DNA of 55,286 nucleotides from a virus (taxonomy: Duplodnaviria > Caudoviricetes): positions 1 to 55,286 of IMG/VR virus record IMGVR_UViG_3300027896_000052; one strand, written 5' to 3'. A program made the position numbers and the translations under genes. Below, one piece after another: positions 9,325-18,536 of this stretch. Under the pieces are notes generated by a model that had not been told where the DNA came from, made no database searches, and was given only the letters and a program-made list of their open reading frames with translations. How positions within the stretch are numbered: position 1 is the stretch's first letter; the number at the start of each line of letters is the position of its first letter.

Positions 9325-9842
9325 GGGGCAACCCCGATAGTCCCGAATTCGCCGTTCATGCCGCTGGTCATATCCGGGAAGACCAGGCACTTGCAGGCGA
9401 GGACCCGCTGGCCGGACCGGTCAAAGCCGATCTCGAATTCCCGGTACGGGTGCACCTTGTAGAGGTGCGTCCATTCGGAATGGACCGTGCTCACGACCCC
9501 GTCCCTCATCGGCTTGATGACGACGGCCTTGGCGTTGACGTACATGTCCGATCCGCATTTATTGCGGAGAGTCAGTACGCTCCCGCTCAGGGCCGAGCCG
9601 GGCCAGACCGTGTTGAGCTGTGCCAGGGTGCTCCGGGTCATCGGGATCGTCAGCTCCATCACGGAGCCGGCGAAGACGCCGTCGACCGGGGCGTCCCCGT
9701 AACCTTCCTCGAAGACCTTGCTCACGCTGTCCTTCATGGAGAGCGCGACCTTGCCCAGGAACGGACTCAGTTTGATCGCCGTTCCGCCGTAGTCCCACAC
9801 GACTTCGCAGGGACCGATGTCGCCCATAGGAAGTTTCGGCAT
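9321..9842 (-). CDS. Major tail tube protein
   Basis: Strong GAGGAGG RBS, high-GC3 codons, position, tube-like beta pattern. Confidence 0.8.
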   Translation of the reverse strand: MPKLPMGDIGPCEVVWDYGGTAIKLSPFLGKVALSMKDSVSKVFEEGYGDAPVDGVFAGSVMELTIPMTRSTLAQLNTVWPGSALSGSVLTLRNKCGSDMYVNAKAVVIKPMRDGVVSTVHSEWTHLYKVHPYREFEIGFDRSGQRVLACKCLVFPDMTSGMNGEFGTIGVAP

Positions 9843-9870
9843 ATTTGCCTCCTCTTAAAATTTCGGCTCC

Positions 9871-10299
9871 TCAGAGCCGGGTAATCCTAAAAATATAGTT
9901 CGCCGAAAAGGTGAACGTCTTTTGCTCATTCGGATTTTCGATCGGCGCCGGCGGGGCGACTCCGGAGATCGTGTTCGCCAAATAGGCCTCCCCGCTCGTG
10001 AGAACGGGAAGCCGCCAACCGGCCTGGCCATGCATTTTATCGTAGAAGATCCGGGCATCCGCGCGCGCCGTAAAATATGTTTTCGCCCGGGTCAGAATCT
10101 GAATCGGCTTTTGCTCATAATCGGGCCAGTCATCATCCGTCGCCGACGTCGCATTCTCGAGGATCAGCGAGTACCTGTCGGGAATCGGGATCACGGGCGC
10201 GCCGGGCTTTTGGATCGGGAGATGGCCGACAAAGAGGTCGACCCCGATCGTCTTCCCCGTCCGGTTCTCGATAAATTGGGCTATTTCCTGAAGCATCAC
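9871..10299 (-). CDS. Tail terminator / minor capsid-like protein
   Basis: 'PIQILTRA..Y..AR..A..IY..MH' and terminal 'FSANY' pattern; position before the tube gene. Confidence 0.7.
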   Translation of the reverse strand: MMLQEIAQFIENRTGKTIGVDLFVGHLPIQKPGAPVIPIPDRYSLILENATSATDDDWPDYEQKPIQILTRAKTYFTARADARIFYDKMHGQAGWRLPVLTSGEAYLANTISGVAPPAPIENPNEQKTFTFSANYIFRITRL

Positions 10300-10727
10300 C
10301 TGCCCCCATTATCCAAAACGTAATCCGCGATATCTTTCATCAGCTCGTCTTTATGCGTCGCTAACTTCGTTTCGAGGTATTTCGGGCCGCTTCCGGGAAG
10401 GGTCCAATGCGTGACCTCTCCCCATTGCTCATTGTTTACGGACTCATGGAGTTTGGCCGCGTATTCGGTATTGAATCCCCCGTCCTGTTCAATCCGATCT
10501 TCCGTGATGACGCAGGTCCCGATCGTCTCGCTGGCCCATAGCCGGCCCTGTTTATGCGGGACCCGCGGCTCTTCCTTGATGGCATAAGCCAAGAGTTTCG
10601 CCCAAGCCTTGAAAAGCGCCTTGGGAATGAGCGTCAAGGTGATGAGCCGGGAAACCGCACCCAAGCCTTTCAAGAGATCGTCGATGCTCTCGATCTTGAA
10701 GGTTTCGTTTTCAGGTCCGTAGGCCAT
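10296..10727 (-). CDS. HK97 gp10-like neck/tail completion protein
   Basis: 'VP.K.GRL..S ... FNTEYAAKLHE ... GPKYLE' motifs. Confidence 0.75.
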   Translation of the reverse strand: MAYGPENETFKIESIDDLLKGLGAVSRLITLTLIPKALFKAWAKLLAYAIKEEPRVPHKQGRLWASETIGTCVITEDRIEQDGGFNTEYAAKLHESVNNEQWGEVTHWTLPGSGPKYLETKLATHKDELMKDIADYVLDNGGR

Positions 10728-10736
10728 TGGCTTTCT

Positions 10737-11048
10737 CTACCCGACGAGGGCCTCGTAATGGTGAATTATTTTCCCATTTTGGCACGGTTCGATGCTCAGG
10801 ACAGGGTGATCGATCCCTCCGAAACGAAGGACGGACCGGATGTCGGCCACGGTCATCGGCTTTCGGGACAACATGACGAGGGCCGTCGCTATGAGTTCCT
10901 CGCCTTTCCCGACTCGGAGGACCCGATGTGTCGTTTCGATCCTGCATTTTTCCGGCGTCAACGTCGGGGCCCCGGAAGGTTCGCCCCATTTATCGAGCGC
11001 CTGCTTCACCACGACCAGGTTATTGATCAGCAGGCTTTCGTAGCTCAT
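10737..11048 (-). CDS. Head closure / head-tail adaptor
   Basis: 'DKWGEP' and terminal 'HHYE' pattern; size and position. Confidence 0.7.
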   Translation of the reverse strand: MSYESLLINNLVVVKQALDKWGEPSGAPTLTPEKCRIETTHRVLRVGKGEELIATALVMLSRKPMTVADIRSVLRFGGIDHPVLSIEPCQNGKIIHHYEALVG

Positions 11049-11866
11049 GGCCGCGGCCCCTTTCCGCCGACCGAGCCGGAAATCGCTCTAGGAAGCCCCA
11101 GGACGGGCTTTTGGCCTCCATCGGGGGTCCTTGCCTGGCCGGCCTGCCGTTCGCCCTGGCCAGCCCCGATTCCGCCACGGCATGGCCGCAAAGGCTTCGG
11201 ACCGCTGGCCCTGATGATGAAAGCCCAATACCAAATGAAATTTCCGAGCCCTGGAGCCGTCCGCGGCGTCCCATCCTGGTTGACTTCCTCCTCCGTCACG
11301 ATTTCCGCCTCGAGGCCGTTCGGCTTCATGGCGCCGTAAATATCGGAAAGCGTCCAATTCACCTGGGGCTCGTAGATCCGGCCCGGATCGACGTCGCGCT
11401 CGCCGCCTGTCCGGACTCGGCAAAATTGGATCAGCATCCCTCCGGCCGGCCTGAGTTTCCAGCCGAAAGTCTCTAGATAATCTTGGGCGACCGCCCGGCT
11501 CAGGTGCTGAAAGACGTTGAAGGAATAAACGAAATCGACATCCGGCATCTGGAGCCCCCAGCCCGGCTTGTATGCGATCGGGTGATAATTGAAGATCCGG
11601 AGACCTTCGAGATAGGTCTCGAGCTCGGGCATGGCCGCCTCGACATCTAGGCAATAAACTGCCTCGACCAGCGGGGCCAGCTTCGCCGCCTCTCGGCCAT
11701 AGCCGCTCCCGATGATGGCGATCCTATGCTCTGGCTTCAGACTAAAATACTCAGCGATCTTCTTGGCGTCCGGGAAGACCCGCGTCCCATGGCCCTGGTA
11801 GTACGGATGTTTGGCGAAATACCCGGCTCGATGCATGGCGTTCCAGGCTTCGGGATCTTTGCTCAT
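11045..11866 (-). CDS. Class I SAM-dependent methyltransferase
   Basis: IAIIGSGYGRE motif I; 'DFVYSFNVFQHL', 'LRPAGG'; start MSKDP coupled to the upstream stop. Confidence 0.85.
   Translation of the reverse strand: MSKDPEAWNAMHRAGYFAKHPYYQGHGTRVFPDAKKIAEYFSLKPEHRIAIIGSGYGREAAKLAPLVEAVYCLDVEAAMPELETYLEGLRIFNYHPIAYKPGWGLQMPDVDFVYSFNVFQHLSRAVAQDYLETFGWKLRPAGGMLIQFCRVRTGGERDVDPGRIYEPQVNWTLSDIYGAMKPNGLEAEIVTEEEVNQDGTPRTAPGLGNFIWYWAFIIRASGPKPLRPCRGGIGAGQGERQAGQARTPDGGQKPVLGLPRAISGSVGGKGPRP
11076..11173. repeat. Dispersed ~98-bp element, copy in the 3' end of the methyltransferase
   Basis: Ungapped similarity to 28811-28908; 20/21 match of 11083-11103 to 494-514. Confidence 0.65.
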
Positions 11867-12417
11867 TCGATCACCACCAGATGGCTGAATTTTGATCCCA
11901 GGTCGGTTACCCGGGGGAAAATCTTGAAGTCCGAGGCCTCCCATTGTGAAACGTGGCCAGCCGATCCGTAAAAAACCTGGGAATAGAAAACGACCGCCCG
12001 CGGCGTCGATATCAGAATCTTTGTCCGGTCCTTGGCTTGGGGCTCGGCCTTGATCTCCTGCAGGAATTTCAGCATCCGTTCCTTCGAGGTGTGTTCGACG
12101 ACATCGATCATCAGGATCAGATCATGCATAGCGAAAAAGGGAGGTGGTACTTGAAATAAATTGACATGCGTATGATGGTCATAAAGACTCTGATGCCAAG
12201 GGAGATCGGTAAAATATTCCGCCTCCTCAATGCAGTTGATTTTGAATTTCGGGCGGGGGCTCAGATCTCCGGCCTCCGCAGCTTCGGACAGGAGGAGTTC
12301 GCGGATCAGTAGCCCAAATTTCCCGAAGCCGGCGCCGACGTCGAGGATATTCGTCGGCTTGATCCTCTTGATCGCCAGCAGGATCGCCAAAAGGTTTTCG
12401 GGATATGAGGTCATCAT
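11863..12417 (-). CDS. Class I SAM-dependent methyltransferase
   Basis: ILDVGAGFGKFG; 'DLILMIDVVEH'; 'ILISTP'. Confidence 0.85.
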   Translation of the reverse strand: MMTSYPENLLAILLAIKRIKPTNILDVGAGFGKFGLLIRELLLSEAAEAGDLSPRPKFKINCIEEAEYFTDLPWHQSLYDHHTHVNLFQVPPPFFAMHDLILMIDVVEHTSKERMLKFLQEIKAEPQAKDRTKILISTPRAVVFYSQVFYGSAGHVSQWEASDFKIFPRVTDLGSKFSHLVVIE

Positions 12418-13319
12418 CGGACGGCCTCCCTGGCCTCGCCGTAAAGGGCCGCGATCCTGGCCGTCACGTTCTCGATCGAGTAGATGGTCATGTCTTCGGG
12501 CGGCTCCGTCCATTCGACTGCCGTGACCTTCCCGGCCCCGTCGACGGTATAAATCCAGCCCGGTTTACCGCAGGCCCAGCCTTCGATCGTCGTCCGGCCC
12601 AGCATGACGCCCGAGGTTTCGTCGCAGGCATGGATATGGTTTTCGATCTCCCAGATCGGGGGATAAATCTTGGCGTTCGCCGGGACATTTTCCGGTTTGA
12701 GGTGATGATTTTGGCCGACTAGCCGGAATTCTCGCTCTGTCTTCCAGCAATATTCGCCCGTCTTTCTGATGGCCTCGAGACGGAGCCTGTCGAAGGTCCC
12801 GACGAAGAGGACCATGGGCCGGGCATCCGGGTCCTGTGGCTGTTCCCGGAGGTATTCATAGTTCCGGTTGAAGCGCGTGAAATCGATTCCGTTCGGAATG
12901 ACGTCGACCCGCTCTGCCGGGATCCCGTCCTTCGCCTCGAGCTTGTCCTTGATGTCCTGGCGGATGGCGATGTATTTGAAGATCCGGGGGCTCAGGATCG
13001 GGGCCTCGCATTCAAATTGAGAGTGGACCGTGCTCACGGCGGCTGCTTTCGGGAAAAGACCGAGGAGGGATTCGCTCGGCTTCCGTTCATTGAGGTGGAG
13101 GACGTCGAAGTCCATCCCGAGAAGCGGGAAGCCCTCGCAGGGCACGGCCGTCAGGCCTGCGGCTTGGGCCCTGGCCAGCATCTCTCCGCCCAGGTTGATG
13201 AGCGGCGCCGTGATGACCGGCTCATGGCCGATTCGCTTCAGCTCCCGGGCGAGTTCGTAGACATACATTTCCGCCCCGGTGAGATCCCGAAACTGTCGGA
13301 TCGAAATCAGGACGCGCAT
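12414..13319 (-). CDS. GT-B glycosyltransferase (GT4-like)
   Basis: 'TGAEMYVYELARELKRIGHE', 'VIPNGIDFTRF', 'GRTTIEGWACGKP'. Confidence 0.85.
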   Translation of the reverse strand: MRVLISIRQFRDLTGAEMYVYELARELKRIGHEPVITAPLINLGGEMLARAQAAGLTAVPCEGFPLLGMDFDVLHLNERKPSESLLGLFPKAAAVSTVHSQFECEAPILSPRIFKYIAIRQDIKDKLEAKDGIPAERVDVIPNGIDFTRFNRNYEYLREQPQDPDARPMVLFVGTFDRLRLEAIRKTGEYCWKTEREFRLVGQNHHLKPENVPANAKIYPPIWEIENHIHACDETSGVMLGRTTIEGWACGKPGWIYTVDGAGKVTAVEWTEPPEDMTIYSIENVTARIAALYGEAREAVR

Positions 13320-14050
13320 GCTCGCCGCTCTTCTTTCTTCCGGGCATAAAGGGCTGAGTTTCGCTTGGCGAGGCTCTGCCAGCCATCGATTTTCTGGACC
13401 GTCTGGCGATGCCTGTGGTAGATGAAAACATGGAGGGCGAGGGCGGTTTGCCAGCCGGCCTTCCGGGCCCGGTCGCAGTAGTCATCGTCCTCGCCAAGGC
13501 AAAGCCCGAATTCCTCATCTAGCTTCCCGACCGCCTCGAGGGTTGCTCTCCGGATGGCGACGCAGCAGAAGGGGACGCAGGAGACCATGATCTGCCGGAG
13601 CCGAGGCGGCTGGGCGTTGAAATAGGCCTCCGGATCTCCGGTCCGGTAGCCCGTGATCAGGGAAAATCGCTCCCATCTCTGGATGCCGCCCGTATCCGTC
13701 ACGACTCCAAGGATCCCGAGCCGCGGATGTTCCTCGAGGGCTGCCAGCATCTTGTCCGTCCAGCCGGCCGTGACGACCGTGTCATTGTTGAGCAGGAAAA
13801 TCGGGTCCGATTCCGCCATGGCGAATCCCCGGTTGACCGCCTTTGAAAACCCCTCATTTTCCGGGAGCATCTGGCCGATCCATGGAAGTCCGAGTTGAGT
13901 AAGGACGAGCCTCACGACGGCCCGCTCCGCCTCGATCGATCCATTGTCGATCCAAATGATCCGGGCATCCGGTGTGTGCTTCCGGATAGAACGGAGGCAG
14001 TCGATCGTGAGATCACAGTTATTCCAGGTCGGGATGATGATATCGATCAT
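13307..14050 (-). CDS. GT-A glycosyltransferase (GT2)
   Basis: 'IDIIIPTWN', 'IDNGS', 'NEGFSKAVNRG', 'LLNND', 'EDDDYC'. Confidence 0.9.
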   Translation of the reverse strand: MIDIIIPTWNNCDLTIDCLRSIRKHTPDARIIWIDNGSIEAERAVVRLVLTQLGLPWIGQMLPENEGFSKAVNRGFAMAESDPIFLLNNDTVVTAGWTDKMLAALEEHPRLGILGVVTDTGGIQRWERFSLITGYRTGDPEAYFNAQPPRLRQIMVSCVPFCCVAIRRATLEAVGKLDEEFGLCLGEDDDYCDRARKAGWQTALALHVFIYHRHRQTVQKIDGWQSLAKRNSALYARKKEERRACAS

Positions 14051-14727
14051 CGGCTGGGATCCTTTTGATCCGTGAGGCCCCATACGAGGCCCGCGGCTTT
14101 CCTGGCCATGCTCAGGGCCCGGTCTTGCTCCCTGAGTTTCCGGGCGTCGACATGCGTTTGATCCATTTCATGGCCATTATTCATCGGGTGGAAATGGATG
14201 AGCTCGGCGCGCGGTTCGAGCCAAAGCCGTCCGACGGTCAAGGCGTGGTTTTCGACTTCCTGGCAGGAAAAATGGAAATAGCCGGGATAGAACAGTTTTC
14301 TTCCCGGGTACCGGCGAAGGAAAGGTTGGCCGACCAGGGCGCACCCAGCCGGGCTGAAGACGCCGCATCCGATTTGGCTGAAACCGATGATCCCATCCTC
14401 ATCCGGGAAGTGTTCGGCCATGGCCTTGACCGCCGCTTCGATCGCTCCGGGCTGGAAAGCGATATCATCGGTCCCGTAAATCAGGGCGTCCTCCGCCCCC
14501 TGGGTGATAAGGTTCCGGCAAAAGACCGACCCGGAATGTTCCCGGATGAAAAGGACCCGGGAGATCCGGGGGTCCTCGAGGATGGCCTTCGACGTCTGGA
14601 CGTCACCATCGCAGACGACCGTGGTGAATATCGGGATCCCGCCGGCAGATGCCGGGATCGTCCCCAAGGTCCGCTTGAGCTTCTCCGGCCGGTTCCGCGT
14701 CGGGATGATCAGGTCGAGGCGCTTCAT
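14047..14727 (-). CDS. GT-A glycosyltransferase (GT2-like)
   Basis: 'LIIPTRNRPEKL', 'VVCDGD', 'GTDD', 'HFHP'. Confidence 0.8.
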   Translation of the reverse strand: MKRLDLIIPTRNRPEKLKRTLGTIPASAGGIPIFTTVVCDGDVQTSKAILEDPRISRVLFIREHSGSVFCRNLITQGAEDALIYGTDDIAFQPGAIEAAVKAMAEHFPDEDGIIGFSQIGCGVFSPAGCALVGQPFLRRYPGRKLFYPGYFHFSCQEVENHALTVGRLWLEPRAELIHFHPMNNGHEMDQTHVDARKLREQDRALSMARKAAGLVWGLTDQKDPSR

Positions 14728-15599
14728 GCGAGGGCCTCTTTATAGGCCGCGACGTATTCCTTGACGCCGTCTATCGCATGCCATTCACTTTCGACCCAGC
14801 TTCGGGCCAACTCCTGATGGAGTTTCAAAACCCCGGGATTATCGATGAGCTCCAGGAGCCGCTCCTCGAGGCTTTTCAAATCTGCCCGGACCCAGGGCAC
14901 GGCGTTGTTTTTATTGATGACCGCGCAGCCGAAGCAAGCCCCCTCGAGAGAGGTCCGGTGGAAGTTCCCCGTCACAACGTCGTCGATCAGGATATCGCTG
15001 ATACTTTTCATCTCGAGGTTCCTCTCGTAAGGTACCCCTTCGATCCAGATGATCTCGACATCCCGCTTGCCGGCGACTTCCTTCAGGATCCTCTTGACCT
15101 CGGCATAACCTTTCGTTCCCGGGAAGCCGAGAGGCATCCGGGTGCTTGGGGCGAAGGCGATCCGGACCTTGGTCCCTTTCCGACTCGGGCGGTATTCGTC
15201 CGGGTCGATCAGGTTCGGCAGGGCCGGCAGGCCATATTCCCGCTCCTGCAGAGGCTGGCGGATCGTGTACCGGATGGGCGTAAAATCCCACAGTTCTTTC
15301 CAATTCCCGAGCCGTGGGAGGCTATGAAATTGGGCAACGACGGGTTGGCCGGACCGTAAATCCGGAAGTTCCCGATGCATGTAATTGTGAACGTGCCATA
15401 GATCAGCGGCTGCCAAAATCGCCCTGCTTCCGTCATCCTTGCAGTTCAATTTGAGATCGATCGGGAAGATCCTGCCGTCTGGATAACCGATGTACTCGTT
15501 AATGAGGCGGACTTGGATATCCGTATATTTCCGCAGGGCCTTGAGTAGCTCCCAGGGCGCCGCGGCGAGCGGCGTTTTGCTGAAGATGGCGAGTTTCAT
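14724..15599 (-). CDS. GT-B glycosyltransferase
   Basis: 'PNLID', 'KG', 'DILIDD', 'TSLEGACFGCAVI'. Confidence 0.75.
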   Translation of the reverse strand: MKLAIFSKTPLAAAPWELLKALRKYTDIQVRLINEYIGYPDGRIFPIDLKLNCKDDGSRAILAAADLWHVHNYMHRELPDLRSGQPVVAQFHSLPRLGNWKELWDFTPIRYTIRQPLQEREYGLPALPNLIDPDEYRPSRKGTKVRIAFAPSTRMPLGFPGTKGYAEVKRILKEVAGKRDVEIIWIEGVPYERNLEMKSISDILIDDVVTGNFHRTSLEGACFGCAVINKNNAVPWVRADLKSLEERLLELIDNPGVLKLHQELARSWVESEWHAIDGVKEYVAAYKEALA

Positions 15600-16003
15600 T
15601 CGCTTTCCCTCGCCATCGCCTTGAGCTCGGCGATCGTCTTCATGCCGCCGCGGGTCCGGCGCTCGATATCCGGCTCCAGGAGTTCGGACGTATAGATCTC
15701 GATGACCTCGCTGTCTTCAATGGCCTGGAATTGATGCCATATCCCGGGCGCACAGACGAATTCCACGCCCGCTCGAAGCCTGGTCTGGTCGATCATGCTT
15801 TTCCGATGGTCGCGGGGGTTTTCGGAATCTCGCCAGGTCAGGATGATGAGCTCGCCTCTCAGGACCGTGATGTGGTTCGTTTTGATCCAATGGCGATGCT
15901 CGCTCGAGAAGCCCCCCTTCTTGATCTCCAGGCAATGAACGGCGACCATTTTGTTCTGGAAAACGAGGGAAGTCTCACCCCACACCTTTCCTTCCGTCAT
16001 CAT
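15596..16003 (-). CDS. Cupin, sugar isomerase/epimerase-like
   Basis: 'KVWGE', 'SEHRHWIK', 'PGIWHQFQA..DS..IE' cupin motifs. Confidence 0.8.
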   Translation of the reverse strand: MMTEGKVWGETSLVFQNKMVAVHCLEIKKGGFSSEHRHWIKTNHITVLRGELIILTWRDSENPRDHRKSMIDQTRLRAGVEFVCAPGIWHQFQAIEDSEVIEIYTSELLEPDIERRTRGGMKTIAELKAMARESE

Positions 16004-16734
16004 GCTAGTGCCTCCTCCATCCTTTGAAATTCAAAGCATCGAAGCCCGCTGTCGGGGTTGAGATTGATGACTCGTACCCCGCGACGCGCGAGCTCCGGAG
16101 CGATCTTCTCGAAAGCGGCCCGGAAGCCAATGACCTTGGCCTCATCCTGGGGGATCGGATGCCCGGCGTGGTAATGGCTTTTCCCGTCCTTGTGCTTCAT
16201 GTCGAAGCCCAGTAGGTAGATCGGGTTGGCCCCGAGGAGTACGGCCAGGTTGAAAGCCGCGAAGCCGCTATTATTTCCATGGCCGATGCCTTCCGAATAG
16301 TTCCAGCTAAATTCCCGGAGGCCATAGTCATAATTCTTGAGGACCCGGACGACGAAAATATCATCCGGGAGTTGAGCCGTATAGGTCAGGAGCCAGGCTT
16401 TATAGGCGGTCGTTTTATTGAACCGCGCCTGCAGACCAGGGAATTTATGTTCGTAGGTCCCGCCGAGGATCCAATTCAGGCAGCGGGTATCCATGGAGAA
16501 GATGACTGTCGGTTCGAAATCCTTGAAGGCGATATTGACGGCGATCGTCCGCCGGCCGCGGAGCCGGCGCCAATCGAAGCCTTCGAGGCTGGGCCCGCCG
16601 CCGATCAGGTATGCCGGCTTCTCGAGCCAGCTTCCCGCCGGCAGGACCTCGATCAGTTCCCGGTTCAGACAAATCGGAGAGCGGAAAAGCACGGGCGGCC
16701 GGCTTGCGAGGCTGGGGGCGGGCTGGATGTTCAT
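16000..16734 (-). CDS. DUF115/MptE-like (Maf / sialyltransferase-fold) transferase
   Basis: 'LIGGGPSL', 'TIAVN', 'NSGFAAFNLAVLLGANPIYLLGFDM'. Confidence 0.75.
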   Translation of the reverse strand: MNIQPAPSLASRPPVLFRSPICLNRELIEVLPAGSWLEKPAYLIGGGPSLEGFDWRRLRGRRTIAVNIAFKDFEPTVIFSMDTRCLNWILGGTYEHKFPGLQARFNKTTAYKAWLLTYTAQLPDDIFVVRVLKNYDYGLREFSWNYSEGIGHGNNSGFAAFNLAVLLGANPIYLLGFDMKHKDGKSHYHAGHPIPQDEAKVIGFRAAFEKIAPELARRGVRVINLNPDSGLRCFEFQRMEEALA

Positions 16735-17363
16735 GGGGCCAGAATGATGGCCTTCCGCCCGCAGAAGGGCCGGATCAGTTCATCGACCTCCCGGATCCCG
16801 GTCTTGTAAAGAGCCGCCGGGCCGCTGAAGGTGTAACTGTATTTCGAGATCGATTCCGAGCCCAGAAGATAATTCGTGTAGAGGGTCGGATCGTTCATGT
16901 ACTCGACCAGCATCCGGGCGGCTTTCTTTGCCCAGGCCGGTACGGGACTTCCGCAGGTCCCATCGATCCAGATGTTGTTATAACCCCGCGGGAAGATGAC
17001 CTCGCCATCCTGTATTTCGGAGAGTAGGTATTCAAGTTCGGGGCTGAAAGGCCCGGCGCCGCTCGTGCTCAGGTCAATGAAGATGCTCGAGGAATCGAAC
17101 GTGTACCAACTCGTATCGAGTACGATGCCGGAAACCCGGACGCGCGAGATCCCGGTGATCTTCTCCCGGATCGGGAGGAAGAGCCGGTTTTTTCCGTTTC
17201 CATTGATCTTGAGGAGAAAGGGTTTCGGATAATAGGACCGCTTCAGGGCCGCTTCGAGCCGGGCCTCGGCGACTTCGATGGCTTCCTGCTTTTCGGCATC
17301 CGTTGTCCCTGACGGCCAGTTCCCGATGTCGCTATCGCTTATGTAATTCCCGGAATAAGGCAT
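16731..17363 (-). CDS. Head-tail connector (gp6/gp15-like)
   Basis: 'SESISKYSYTF...VDELIRPF' C-terminus; position after the capsid genes. Confidence 0.75.
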   Translation of the reverse strand: MPYSGNYISDSDIGNWPSGTTDAEKQEAIEVAEARLEAALKRSYYPKPFLLKINGNGKNRLFLPIREKITGISRVRVSGIVLDTSWYTFDSSSIFIDLSTSGAGPFSPELEYLLSEIQDGEVIFPRGYNNIWIDGTCGSPVPAWAKKAARMLVEYMNDPTLYTNYLLGSESISKYSYTFSGPAALYKTGIREVDELIRPFCGRKAIILAP

Positions 17364-17381
17364 CGTCGCGTCCTCCGTTCA

Positions 17382-17427
17382 TAAAAACAGCGGCGGGGGG
17401 TTTGTTCCCCGCCCCGCCCCCCGCCGC
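17382..17427 (-). terminator. Intrinsic terminator ending the capsid transcript
   Basis: GCGGCGGGGG/CCCCCGCCGC stem followed by UGUUUUUAU on the - strand. Confidence 0.7.
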
Positions 17428-17465
17428 CTCAGTCAAAAAAGGATAAGGAGGTTCTGACCCCCAGG

Positions 17466-18212
17466 TCAGACGATCCGGGCCATGACGGCCTTGACGTAGT
17501 CGACCGAGAGGTTCTTGGCGACCGCCTCTCCGTTCATGAGGCCGAATCCGGCCGAGAGCGGGACCCCGACAGGGAAACCCGTAGCGACTTCGCCCTGGGC
17601 CAAGACGATCCCGGCGTCCGTGAAGATGAACCAGCGGACCGTCCCGGCGCCGTCGTAATGGATGCCGAAGATCGCGTAGGTCGCGTTGACCGCGTCGATC
17701 AGGGTGTCCACATCGATGACGACCGTCGAGTCCTCGACGCCGAAGAAGATGCTGGCCGCGCCGTCATCCTTGTGGAAATAGACGCCGTGAGCCGTGCTGC
17801 CGCCCAGGTATTCCAGGTCGACCAGGCCGAAGAAGAAGTCCGACTGGACGACGTCGTTGATCTTGAACCGGCCCTCCAGGTAGACCGGAAATCCGGCCTG
17901 AAGGATGAAGCTCAGGGGCGACAGATACTGCGTCTTGTCGTTGTCGGCCGCGGCGTTCGTGATCAGGAGGATCCCATTCGCTCCGCTCGTGACGACGTTC
18001 GTCCCGGCGCCGGTCTTCGAGACCGTCCAGACCCCGGAGGCCGCTTCCAGGAAGTGGTCCTCGAGGCGGACCGCGCTTCGCAGGTCGACATAGTTCTTGA
18101 TGACGTCCCACTTGTCGTGGTTGATGTGCGTGTTCAGGGGGTAGAGGTCCATGAGATAAAGCTCCGGGACCGTCCCTCCCAACCCGTAATGCGGGAAGTG
18201 TTCGTTATCCAT
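17466..18212 (-). CDS. Virion structural protein, probable capsid decoration (beta-sandwich)
   Basis: In the capsid transcript, codon bias like the MCP, lectin-like beta pattern. Confidence 0.55.
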   Translation of the reverse strand: MDNEHFPHYGLGGTVPELYLMDLYPLNTHINHDKWDVIKNYVDLRSAVRLEDHFLEAASGVWTVSKTGAGTNVVTSGANGILLITNAAADNDKTQYLSPLSFILQAGFPVYLEGRFKINDVVQSDFFFGLVDLEYLGGSTAHGVYFHKDDGAASIFFGVEDSTVVIDVDTLIDAVNATYAIFGIHYDGAGTVRWFIFTDAGIVLAQGEVATGFPVGVPLSAGFGLMNGEAVAKNLSVDYVKAVMARIV

Positions 18213-18519
18213 TGGCTCCCTCCAGAAGCGAAACAAGATCGGCTTTCTTCATATGCATGAAGTTGGCCTTGGCTTTCCGCCGTGCCGCGAGGGTCCGAAG
18301 TTCATTGATTTTGAGCTTCCGATAATCCGACAATTTGAGTCGAGGCCGTTCACCTCCGAGCGGTTCCTGGACTTCGACTGTCAATAGCGGGAATTTCGAA
18401 AGCTCGATCAAAGCGAGATCTCCGGTCACCTCCCGGGTTTCGCGGGCGGCGATGTGGACGTTTCCGATGCAGGTGGGAAACTCCCGGGTCGGTCCCCAAT
18501 TCGTGACAAGGGCGCGCAT
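18205..18519 (-). CDS. Small protein with C-terminal Rho-N/HeH-like motif
   Basis: 'KLKINELRTLA...MKKADLVSLL'; typical position after the MCP. Confidence 0.6.
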   Translation of the reverse strand: MRALVTNWGPTREFPTCIGNVHIAARETREVTGDLALIELSKFPLLTVEVQEPLGGERPRLKLSDYRKLKINELRTLAARRKAKANFMHMKKADLVSLLEGANG

Positions 18520-18536
18520 CGGCTATTCAGTCCGGA

